Shown here: positions 48,926 to 57,788 of the stretch, piece after piece
Layout: each line of letters opens with the position of its first letter
Numbering within the stretch: the stretch's first letter is position 1
From: Gemmatimonas sp.
GTDB lineage: Bacteria > Gemmatimonadota > Gemmatimonadetes > Gemmatimonadales > Gemmatimonadaceae
Length of the DNA stretch: 64,000 nt
Reading direction: 5' to 3'
Assembly (NCBI GenBank): GCA_031414535.1
Contig: JANNVQ010000055.1
Coordinates: forward strand, 1 to 64,000
Made by a program: the position numbers and the translations under genes
Notes under the pieces: generated by a model
Told to the model about the DNA's origin: nothing
The model's input: only the letters and a program-made list of their open reading frames with translations
Database searches by the model: none

Positions 48926-50125
48926 CTAGCCCTCGCGCATCCAGCGCAAGGTTTCACGAAGTGTCGGCTCCTTCCCGTACATCAACATGCCAGCGCCAAA
49001 CACCTTGCCCGCTATGCGTCTGAAGAGCCAAGTGGTCGCGGAAAGCAGCAACAACGCCAATACTACCTCCCACCACGCGACCGTCGTCACCGCGAGACGC
49101 ATCGGCATCATCGCGCTGGAGGTAAGGGGAAAGACGCCAAGCACTTGAGCCGCCGGCGAATCAAGCTTGGATGTCATGCCGAACGCCACGCCAATCGGCA
49201 GCATCGGCGCAAAGAGGAGCAGCGTGCGCGTCGAGCTGTTCGGATCGTCAATCGTCGCGGCGATTGCGGCCATCAGGCTGAACCACAGCACCACGCCCAG
49301 TAGCGTGATGAGGGTAATGAGCGCGAGTACACCGAAGTCCCCGCCCAGTGACGGCATGGGCAATGCGCTGCGACCGAGCGCCAAGGGTAGCACCTTCACC
49401 ACGGCGTAGAGGCCGATGGTCGTGATGCCGGTTCCTACCAGCGCCGCACCGGTAAGTCCGATGATCTTGCCGTCCATCCACACCTGCGGCGGAACGATGG
49501 CAACCAACTGTTCCGTCACGCGCTGCTGCTTCTCACCCGTGATGCCCGTGAACAGCGTACCAAATCCGCCCATGACCAGCGTGAACCCGATGAACAGGAT
49601 GGCCAGCGCCGTGATGCGCGTCGAGAGTTCCGTACGCCTGGCGCCAGCATCTGTGAGTGTCTTGCGGAAGGCGAATGGCGTCACTAAGGCCGCGCCTTCC
49701 GGCGACGCGGCCACGACCCGTGCGAGCAACGCGGACTGCCGCGCTGCCGTCAGCGCACGCTCGAGAGTTTCCGCCCACTCGGCCTGTGATCGAATCATCA
49801 GTTCCGCCTCGAGGGCCGACGTCACCACGAGCACGCCGCTCAGTCTCTTCTCAGCGAGCGCCGCGCTTGCGGACGCCACCGTCCACGATTCGGAGCTATC
49901 CCAGGCCACGGGCTTGGCCTCGGGAAGCGGGAAGCCCAGCAAATCGCCGCCAATCACAGCAATCATCCTCGGCTTTTGCTCCGCCTTCGCAACGGATCGT
50001 CCAACGAAGCCTCCGCCGAAGCCCATCACGAGCAAAATCGCGAAGCCAATGAGCTGCTGCTTCCACTTCACGAAGCGCATGAATTCCCAGCGCGCCACCT
50101 CCCACGTCTGTTGCCAGCGCGTCAC
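48926..50125 (-). CDS. ABC-2 type permease (NatB-like)
   Basis: VARWEF, GEKQQRVTEQL, GKIIG, MPMRL. Confidence 0.88.
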   Translation of the reverse strand: MTRWQQTWEVARWEFMRFVKWKQQLIGFAILLVMGFGGGFVGRSVAKAEQKPRMIAVIGGDLLGFPLPEAKPVAWDSSESWTVASASAALAEKRLSGVLVVTSALEAELMIRSQAEWAETLERALTAARQSALLARVVAASPEGAALVTPFAFRKTLTDAGARRTELSTRITALAILFIGFTLVMGGFGTLFTGITGEKQQRVTEQLVAIVPPQVWMDGKIIGLTGAALVGTGITTIGLYAVVKVLPLALGRSALPMPSLGGDFGVLALITLITLLGVVLWFSLMAAIAATIDDPNSSTRTLLLFAPMLPIGVAFGMTSKLDSPAAQVLGVFPLTSSAMMPMRLAVTTVAWWEVVLALLLLSATTWLFRRIAGKVFGAGMLMYGKEPTLRETLRWMREG

Positions 50126-50865
50126 GCCGCCTCCCCATTGGTGATGCCAAGTTCCGCGTTGGCCGCTCCTACCTTTTCGACGTAGAGATCGTGCAGCGTC
50201 CCTCCGGCCACGAGCTCGCAGATACTCCCGTGCAGGAGTTCCTTGCCGCGATGTAGCACCATCACACGATCCGCCATTCGCTCTACCAGCGACATCTGGT
50301 GCGCGCTGAACAGCAGCGTGGTGCCCGCCGCGCGAAGCTCACGCACAATCGAAAGGAATAACTCTTGATTGATCGGATCGAGGCCGCTGAATGGTTCGTC
50401 CAGAATCGCGAAGCGTGGCGAATGCAGAATCGCTGCGGCCAGCTGCACCTTCTGCTGGTTGCCCTTTGACAAAGCGCTCAGCTTCTCCTTGGCGCGGTCG
50501 CCGAGTTCAAAGCGCTCAAGCCAAGTACTGGCGCGGCGTTCTGCCTCAGGGCCCGCTATGCCGCGCAGACGCGCGAAGTACGTGAGCGTGCGCTTGATGG
50601 GCATATCCTGATACAGGCCGCGATCCTCAGGCAGGTACCCCAGGTCGGCTGGTGGCAGCGATGAAGCGCCGCCCTGCCACACAATCCGTCCACGGTCTGG
50701 CCGCGTGATGCCGACGAGCATGCGGAGCAGTGTGGTCTTGCCAGCGCCGTTGGGGCCGAGCAACGCGACGGCCTCGCCGGGCTGCACCTCGAGAGAAATG
50801 CCCGCGACGGCCTGCACCGTGCTGTAGCGCTTCTCGACGCGATCAATCGTGAGGAATGCTGTCAT
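50122..50865 (-). CDS. ABC transporter ATP-binding protein (NatA-like)
   Basis: GPNGAGKTT, LSKGNQQ, ILDEPFSGLDP, H-loop. Confidence 0.93.
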   Translation of the reverse strand: MTAFLTIDRVEKRYSTVQAVAGISLEVQPGEAVALLGPNGAGKTTLLRMLVGITRPDRGRIVWQGGASSLPPADLGYLPEDRGLYQDMPIKRTLTYFARLRGIAGPEAERRASTWLERFELGDRAKEKLSALSKGNQQKVQLAAAILHSPRFAILDEPFSGLDPINQELFLSIVRELRAAGTTLLFSAHQMSLVERMADRVMVLHRGKELLHGSICELVAGGTLHDLYVEKVGAANAELGITNGEAA

Positions 50866-50949
50866 GGTTCCCGATACGAAAGCGTGCGGGCTAACGTTTC
50901 GGCAAGAGCGCAACGATTTGCGTGATAGCTGGACAAGTACAAGGGCTAT

Positions 50950-51073
50950 TCACCACGAAGGCACGAAGGGCTCCCTGCAGCGTCCATCATCGACGCGCCC
51001 CCTAAAGTTCTTAGACTTTAGGGGGCGCGCTGAGTTACAGATCTGCTGGAAACCCTTCGTGCCTTCGTGGTGA
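50950..51073. repeat. Family A palindromic element, copy 6
   Basis: TCACCACGAAGGCACGAAGGG ... CCCTTCGTGCCTTCGTGGTGA; different inner hairpin GCGCCCCCTAAAGT/ACTTTAGGGGGCGC. Confidence 0.92.
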
Positions 51074-51079
51074 AAGTCG

Positions 51080-52912
51080 TTACCGCGAACGCAGCGTCGA
51101 ACTCCCACCCTTCTGCGAATCAGCCGTCACGGTAAACGGCCCCGCTCCCTGCACAATCCACTTCACGCGCACGATGCCCTGACCGGGAATGTTGCCCACG
51201 CGAATCGTGCCTGGATTGTTCTTCTGCTCCGTGGCATCGCCATTGAGCGGATTGTCCACGATGAAGCCCGAGATTACACGCCCGCCCGACAGCGAAATCA
51301 GGTTTGGCCGTGAGATGCGATTCTCGATGTCCTGCTGCGTGTGCGTCGGCGCAACGCGGCGGTTCACCACCACCGCCGTGACTTCCGTGAGCCCGTTGCC
51401 CAGCGAGCGCGTCGTCACCGAGTCCACCTGTACCAGTGGCATCTGCGAGGTCTGGTAGAGCGTAAACATCATGTTGCGATGCCCGTCGCTCTGCAGCATG
51501 AAGCCTGGCTCCACGCGCCCGAAGTTCTTCTTGGTGCCGCCAACTTCCACGCGCCCGTACTGCGGGTGGCCTACTTCCGTCCACTCCACCATCGCCTCGC
51601 CCATCAGCAGCAGGCGATTGAAGCGGGACTCCGTGGTCTGGTAGCGACGATTCTGCGCATTCCCGCCGCCAAAACCACCATCATCCTGCGCGTTCTTGTA
51701 GAAGTAGAGGAACGGCGTCCACAGCTCGTTGGAAAACGTCAGGATACCGCGCGCCCCATAAAACCAATCGAGTTCTCCACCCCACACCGTGTAGAGATCC
51801 TTCCACACAATCATGTAGCGGTAACCCGGCAGCACTTCCTCGCCAACGCGGCCGAGCTGGTCGAAGACCTGCACGTCCTGCGGGCGATACTCATCCTGAG
51901 GCACGCCCGGACCACGGAGCAGCATCCCGCCGCTGTTGTGGTAGCTCTGGGCGCCGGCAATGTTGGGATGCGCAATCACGAAATTCATGATGTTGCGCGT
52001 CTCCATGAGCGAACCGGGATAGCGATCCGCGCCGCCCTGCACATACTGCGGCGCCCAACGCCAAGGCCAATTACGGTTCGGGTCGTAGACGCCGGGCCCG
52101 TCTTCGTTCACGACGCCGTCGCCGTCGTTGTCAAAGCCCTCGGCGCCGAGTAGGTCGTACTCGCCTTGTTCGCCGGGCAGCACCGGCACCAAGAGCCGCG
52201 GATCTTCCGGCGACACACGAAAGCGGCCGTTCGTATTGCGACGGCGCATCTGCGTGATGTGGCCGTCGCCATTCAGGTCATCCAAGCCGTCTTCGTCCAC
52301 GCGCCCGTCGCCGTCCGTGTCGCGCGGCGCGAGACCGGTACGCGGCGAACTCGCGTTGTTGGGCTCGTGGATGTAATGGTCGCGTCCGTCCGGATTGATG
52401 CTGGGCACGATGTACAGCGTGTAATTGCGCAGCAGCGAATCCACGGCCGGCACGCGGTCCGCCATCTCCGCGAGGTACCACGCCGTGTACAGCGAGAACT
52501 CGGCGCCCTGTATCTCGTTGGCGTGGATGTTGCCGTCAATCCACATCGCCGGCTTCTTGTCTGCATCACCCACCGCGAAGTTGGTGACGGTGACCAGGAA
52601 CATCTCACGGCCTTCTGTGCTCTTGCCAATCGTGCCAAGCTTCACGAAGCCCGGATGCGCCGTGGAGAGACGACGGGCAATCTCGTGCAGGCCGGCGTGA
52701 TCGTAGAAGCGATCCCAGCTGACGGCCACCTTTGGGTTTGGGGGCGAGCCGAGTGCGGCCAGCGCACCAGCCACTGGTGGCTGCGTGGCGCGCGTGGCTG
52801 GTGGTGAGGTTCGGATTTGCGCACACAGCGCAACAGGTGTGGCCACGAGGGCCGCGAGCGTGAATAGCGCACCAATGCGTGGTGCGACGGACTTCGTCAA
52901 TGCAAATGGCAT
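51080..52912 (-). CDS. Secreted M14 zinc carboxypeptidase-family protein (intact active site)
   Basis: IHANE (HxxE), NPDG, DPNRNW, SYHN; DxDGDG repeats. Confidence 0.88.
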   Translation of the reverse strand: MPFALTKSVAPRIGALFTLAALVATPVALCAQIRTSPPATRATQPPVAGALAALGSPPNPKVAVSWDRFYDHAGLHEIARRLSTAHPGFVKLGTIGKSTEGREMFLVTVTNFAVGDADKKPAMWIDGNIHANEIQGAEFSLYTAWYLAEMADRVPAVDSLLRNYTLYIVPSINPDGRDHYIHEPNNASSPRTGLAPRDTDGDGRVDEDGLDDLNGDGHITQMRRRNTNGRFRVSPEDPRLLVPVLPGEQGEYDLLGAEGFDNDGDGVVNEDGPGVYDPNRNWPWRWAPQYVQGGADRYPGSLMETRNIMNFVIAHPNIAGAQSYHNSGGMLLRGPGVPQDEYRPQDVQVFDQLGRVGEEVLPGYRYMIVWKDLYTVWGGELDWFYGARGILTFSNELWTPFLYFYKNAQDDGGFGGGNAQNRRYQTTESRFNRLLLMGEAMVEWTEVGHPQYGRVEVGGTKKNFGRVEPGFMLQSDGHRNMMFTLYQTSQMPLVQVDSVTTRSLGNGLTEVTAVVVNRRVAPTHTQQDIENRISRPNLISLSGGRVISGFIVDNPLNGDATEQKNNPGTIRVGNIPGQGIVRVKWIVQGAGPFTVTADSQKGGSSTLRSR

Positions 52913-52919
52913 TGGTCGC

Positions 52920-54608
52920 TTACCTCGCGCGGAGTGTGATGGTTTGCGTGCTGAGTCCCGCGTGCGGCGAGCCCACGTTGAGTGTCACGGTGGAGTTCGG
53001 CGCAGCGACGAGTACCCATTCAAAGGCCTCGGTTCCCCCGCTACCGGGAATCGCATTCACGTACTGCATCCTGCGGCCGCTGCTGAGCTGCTGGCCGTTA
53101 CCGAGCACCAGTTCCACGCGCGCGCGCTGCGGCAACCGTGAGCGCACGCCGATGGCGGCGTTGCTCGGGAGAAAGCCGTTGTTCTGAATCACCGCGCGCA
53201 GGCGATACACACGCGGCCCGACTTCCGTCACGGTGACGGTAGGCGTCGCGATGCGCGGCAGCATCTTCGCGAGGTCGGTCACGAAGGCTGTGTGCTTCAT
53301 AGCCAGCGAGTCGAGCTGCGCGCCCGCTGGATTGAGCAGCGCGAAGGGTGCGAAACCACCAACCTCTACCTGTTCACCGTCAATCATCATCCCCTGCACG
53401 GGCGTCCATTCCACGAAGCCCGCCGGATTGTTGGCCTTCATCCAGCGATAGTCGTTGCGCTCGGCGGCAATCGGATCCACTGCCGGTGCACGGCGCGCCG
53501 CGGCGGTGTCGGCCGTAGCCTTGCCCGGCCACCACACGCGCGAGCCGAACGCGAAGCGTCCCATGTGGAAGTAGGCCCATGAGAGCGGGTCACCAACGTC
53601 CGCTGCAGTCGCCGGACCTTCGCTCCACCCTGTGCTCGCCTTGAAGCGGCGCGACACTTCGTTGAACCAGCCGTTGTCTTCCGGCAACGAGGCCGTAAAC
53701 GGTCCGCCGGCCGAGGTGCCCTGCGGCGAGCCACCGATGCCCGGCACGCGTCGACCTTCCCAAGCCTTGATCAAGTTGTCCTGCATGCCGAGCACATACA
53801 CGGCGGCGATGTTGTCGTGCGTACTGACGAACTCCGCGAGCCCGCGCGACTCGTCGGCCGAGAAGGGGTGCAGGCCGCTGTTCTCACCGAAGAAGCGAAA
53901 GTTGTTGCTGAAGTTGCGCGAGATGTCGGTGCCGCCGGGCGGGTCCTCGTTGTATTCGCTGTCGTTGTCATCGTCGCGGCCTTCCGTGAGCAGGCGATAC
54001 ACGCCCCGCTCACCCTTGGTGGCGTCGGCGCGACGCATTAGCGCGGGGTCCACGGCATCGGCAATCCATTCACCGCCCGCGGCCTTCACACGCATCATCG
54101 TGATGAGGCCATCGCCGTTGAGGTCGTTTGGTGCGTCCTCATCATCCATCATGTCGCGATCGTCATCGAAGGCGCCGTCGTTTCCCTTCCGCTCCCAGCG
54201 CAGGGGGCCAAAGAAGGTCTCGCTCGCATCGGGGTTCAGGCGCGGCACGATGTAAATCGTATTCTCCTGCAACAGCGCCGCGGAGCCGTTGGAGCGCACG
54301 ATGTCGCGAATCATGCGCAGCGCGACTTCTGAACTGCTGAGTTGCGGCCCGTAGGCACCGGCGAGGACGAGCACGGCGGGGCGCTCTTCGGGGCCGCCGA
54401 GGCGCACTACGTGGATTGTCCGACGGCCGGGCGAGGTGGCGAGAACCTCCAGGCGAACCAAGCTGGCGCTGCTGCGCGCAATGGAGTCGAGAGCCGCGGT
54501 CAGGCGGGCGGCGTTGTGGTACCCGTCGGTGGGGCGCCCTTGGGCGCCGGACGGGAAGGCGAGAGCCGCGACAAGGGCGACTGCGCCGAGCGAGCGAATC
54601 TGAGGCAT
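52920..54608 (-). CDS. Secreted M14-like protein lacking zinc ligands
   Basis: Paralog of 51080-52912 (PRLNPD, DLNGDGLITMMR, VEVGG) with AYGPQ in place of IHANE. Confidence 0.82.
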   Translation of the reverse strand: MPQIRSLGAVALVAALAFPSGAQGRPTDGYHNAARLTAALDSIARSSASLVRLEVLATSPGRRTIHVVRLGGPEERPAVLVLAGAYGPQLSSSEVALRMIRDIVRSNGSAALLQENTIYIVPRLNPDASETFFGPLRWERKGNDGAFDDDRDMMDDEDAPNDLNGDGLITMMRVKAAGGEWIADAVDPALMRRADATKGERGVYRLLTEGRDDDNDSEYNEDPPGGTDISRNFSNNFRFFGENSGLHPFSADESRGLAEFVSTHDNIAAVYVLGMQDNLIKAWEGRRVPGIGGSPQGTSAGGPFTASLPEDNGWFNEVSRRFKASTGWSEGPATAADVGDPLSWAYFHMGRFAFGSRVWWPGKATADTAAARRAPAVDPIAAERNDYRWMKANNPAGFVEWTPVQGMMIDGEQVEVGGFAPFALLNPAGAQLDSLAMKHTAFVTDLAKMLPRIATPTVTVTEVGPRVYRLRAVIQNNGFLPSNAAIGVRSRLPQRARVELVLGNGQQLSSGRRMQYVNAIPGSGGTEAFEWVLVAAPNSTVTLNVGSPHAGLSTQTITLRAR

Positions 54609-54739
54609 CGTCTCGAGGGAAAAGGGGACAGCCAAGTCTACGCTTCGGGGGGCTGTGGCGTTGGGTCACAAAGGGTCTTGGTGAAACCTTAGCATCGGCG
54701 CGGGGCGTAGGCGGGGGAGCCACCCCTCTCGAGTACCCA

Positions 54740-57160
54740 ATGGATTCTTGGCTCCGCGACTTCAAGCTCGGCCTGCGCACGCTCCGCAAGAGCCCCGCAC
54801 TGACTATCGTCTCGACCATCGCCTTGATGTTCGGTATCGGGTTGACGACGATGATGTTCAGCATCGTGTACGGTGCGATTCTCCGCGGCCTGCCCTTCGA
54901 GGGCGGCGATCGCATCATGGCGGTGTATCGCGAGAATCCGCGCACGAACATTACGCGACAGGGTCCCTCCATCCAGGACTTCGCGGATTTGAAGGGTCAG
55001 GTGAAGTCCTTCACGTATTTCGGTGCCTTCACCAGCGGCACGATGAACGTGGCTGGCACGGACCGCGCCGAGCGTTACTCCGGAACTTGGATTACCCGCG
55101 ATGGGCTGGCGATGAGCGGTGTACAGCCGATCCACGGACGCAGCTTCCGCGAGGGTGAAGACGCGCCTGGCGGCGCTAAGGTCGCAATCCTTGGCTACGC
55201 AATGTGGCGTGATCGGTTTGGCAGCGATGCGACGGTGCTTGGCCGCAGTATCCGCGTGAATAGCGAGCCCTACGAAATCATTGGCGTGATGCCAGAAGGA
55301 TTCCGATTCCCTGACGGCGGCGAGTTGTACCTGCCGCTGCAGACCGACCCGCTGCTTGGCGTGCGTGGCGAAGGACAGTTCGTGCAAGTCATGGGTCAGT
55401 TGGCACCGAGCGTAGACGTGGATCAAGCCTCCGCCGAACTCGCGACGATCTACAGCCGCCTGGCGGTGGACTATCCGGAGAGCAATAAGGACTTCACGGC
55501 GTACGCGATTCCGTTCGTGGATGCGTACATCGGTCCTGAGCCGACACAGCTGCTCTACACGATGCTTGGCGCGGTGTTCTTTGTGCTGCTCATTGCCTGC
55601 TCCAACGTCGCGAACCTGCTGCTCGACCGCGCCGCGCATCGTTCCAAGGAAGTGGGCGTACGCGCCGCACTCGGCGCGACGCGCGGGCAGATCGTTCGCA
55701 TCTTTCTTTCGGAAGCCTTGGTGCTTTCCGCTGGCGGTGCCGTGCTCGGTGTGATCCTCGCCAAGGTTGGGATGGACGCGTTCACGCGCGCCATCGTGAA
55801 TACGAATCCGCCGTTTTTTATCAAGATTGACCTGTATCCGCCGGTGCTTGCGTTCTCCATCGGCGTCTCGTTTCTGGCGGCGCTGCTCGCCGGCTTGATT
55901 CCGGCGTTCCAGGCATCGCGGCCTGACGTCGCGGAGATCTTGAAGGATGAATCGCGTGGTGCCTCGAGCATGCGCATCGGAAAGCTCAGTAAGGCACTCG
56001 TCGTCTTCGAGATTGCGCTCTCCTGCGGATTGCTCGTCGCCGCGGGCTTGATGGTGAAGAGTGTGCTCAAGGCCAACACGCGCGACACGGGCTTCGCCAC
56101 GGAGTCCGTATTCACCGCGCGCGTTGGGTTCCCCACGACGTATACCGACACCGTGGCGCAGAAACTGTTCTGGGATCAGTTGCCCGAGCGCTTGCGCGCC
56201 ATTCCCGGCGTGCAGTCCGTCACGCTTGCCTCGTCACTGCCGGGTGCGCAGCAGGGCTTCAATCGCGAGTTGATCCAAGTGGACGGCCGGGTGTACGAGC
56301 GGCAAGACGATATGCCTCGGGTGCGCACCGGCGCCGTCTCGCCGGACTTCTTGCAGACCCTCGAGATTCCGCTGAAGCAGGGTCGGACGCTCGACGCCAC
56401 CGATCGCGAGGGTGCCTTGCCGGTCATCATCGTGAACGAACGATTTGCTCGCGAGATGTTCCCTGATGGCAACGCGCTCGGACAGCGCATCAAGCCCGGC
56501 GGTCTTGAGAGCACAGCGGAGTACCTGACCATCGTCGGTATCTTCGGGGATCTCTTCGCCGGTGACGCGCAGGATCCGCGTCCACCCATTTTGCTGCGTC
56601 CGCTGGCACAGTCGCAGCCGGCGTTTGCCTACATCACGCTTCGCGGGGCAGGCGATCCCCTGTCGTATGTACCGCAGGTGCGCGCGGCTGTGGCCTCGCT
56701 CAATCCTGACCTGCCGATTTATTGGCCGATGACGTTGGCGCAGGCCATCTCCGAACCGCTGTGGTTCGTGCGCGTGTTCGGTACGATGTTCGCCATCTTC
56801 GGTGTCGTCGCGCTGTTCCTGGCCAGCATCGGTCTTTACGCCGTGATGAGCTTCGCGGTGAGCCGCCGTACGCGTGAGATGGGCATTCGCATGGCGCTCG
56901 GCGCCACGCCCGGGCGCGTCGTGAAGCTGATCTTCAACAACGGTGCTTGGCAGCTTGGCATCGGAATGCTGATCGGACTCGGACTCGCTGCGGGCATCGC
57001 GCAGTTGCTGACCGTAGTGCTCTTCGATGTGCAGCCCCGCGATCCGCTCGTGTTTGGCGGCGTGGCGGCAATCTTACTGCTCACGGGAGCGACGGCCTGC
57101 TTGATTCCCGCGTGGCGGGCGACGCGGGTGGATCCGGCCGAGGCGATGCGCGCCGAATGA
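54740..57160 (+). CDS. Duplicated MacB/FtsX-type ABC permease (ADOP-like)
   Basis: LRKSP, LLIACSNVANLLL, R.ALGA twice, LVVFEIALS, PAWRATRVDP. Confidence 0.9.
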   Translation: MDSWLRDFKLGLRTLRKSPALTIVSTIALMFGIGLTTMMFSIVYGAILRGLPFEGGDRIMAVYRENPRTNITRQGPSIQDFADLKGQVKSFTYFGAFTSGTMNVAGTDRAERYSGTWITRDGLAMSGVQPIHGRSFREGEDAPGGAKVAILGYAMWRDRFGSDATVLGRSIRVNSEPYEIIGVMPEGFRFPDGGELYLPLQTDPLLGVRGEGQFVQVMGQLAPSVDVDQASAELATIYSRLAVDYPESNKDFTAYAIPFVDAYIGPEPTQLLYTMLGAVFFVLLIACSNVANLLLDRAAHRSKEVGVRAALGATRGQIVRIFLSEALVLSAGGAVLGVILAKVGMDAFTRAIVNTNPPFFIKIDLYPPVLAFSIGVSFLAALLAGLIPAFQASRPDVAEILKDESRGASSMRIGKLSKALVVFEIALSCGLLVAAGLMVKSVLKANTRDTGFATESVFTARVGFPTTYTDTVAQKLFWDQLPERLRAIPGVQSVTLASSLPGAQQGFNRELIQVDGRVYERQDDMPRVRTGAVSPDFLQTLEIPLKQGRTLDATDREGALPVIIVNERFAREMFPDGNALGQRIKPGGLESTAEYLTIVGIFGDLFAGDAQDPRPPILLRPLAQSQPAFAYITLRGAGDPLSYVPQVRAAVASLNPDLPIYWPMTLAQAISEPLWFVRVFGTMFAIFGVVALFLASIGLYAVMSFAVSRRTREMGIRMALGATPGRVVKLIFNNGAWQLGIGMLIGLGLAAGIAQLLTVVLFDVQPRDPLVFGGVAAILLLTGATACLIPAWRATRVDPAEAMRAE

Positions 57161-57170
57161 GTGGGCCCGC

Positions 57171-57764
57171 TTAACGCCCGAGCGTGAGTCGTGCGCTGCG
57201 TGGGGCCAGCGCCCGCGCAGCGAGGATTCCACCAAGGAATCCCCCGAGGTGGGCCTGCCAGCTGATTCCTGGTTGGCCCGGCAGTACGCCAGCAACCACG
57301 CCACCCCACATCACGGTGACAGCTACGCTGAGCGCAATCGCGCCGAGTGAACGCGCGTACCAACCGGCAAGCATGAGAAACCCGAGGTAGCCAAATACCA
57401 CGCCGCTCGCGCCGATGTGTACGCTGCCCGGTGCGCCGAGTGTCCACGCACAAAGGCCCGCCCCCAGCATTGAGAGCAGAGTGACGGGGAGAAAGTGCTT
57501 GGAGTCGCGAAGCATTACGAGCCAGCCCAGTATCACGAGCGGCACAGTATTGGCGACCAGATGCTCGACACTCCCGTGCAGGAAGGGCGCGAAGAAAATC
57601 CCCCAAAGCCCCTGCTTGGTGCGAGGGTGGATGCCCCAAGCAACGACGGCGTTGTTGGACACGATCTGGGCCGTGAAGCCCGCCCAGATGGCGGCTACGG
57701 AGCCGCCAATGGTGCTTGCTTGGGCCTTCAATGTGCGCGCTGTGGCTCGAACGACGGTTTTCAC
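57171..57764 (-). CDS. Rhomboid-family intramembrane serine protease
   Basis: FLHG...HL..N, GASG, WQAHLGG. Confidence 0.9.
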   Translation of the reverse strand: MKTVVRATARTLKAQASTIGGSVAAIWAGFTAQIVSNNAVVAWGIHPRTKQGLWGIFFAPFLHGSVEHLVANTVPLVILGWLVMLRDSKHFLPVTLLSMLGAGLCAWTLGAPGSVHIGASGVVFGYLGFLMLAGWYARSLGAIALSVAVTVMWGGVVAGVLPGQPGISWQAHLGGFLGGILAARALAPRSARLTLGR

Positions 57765-57788
57765 AGTGTAAGTAGTGTATCTTTAGAG

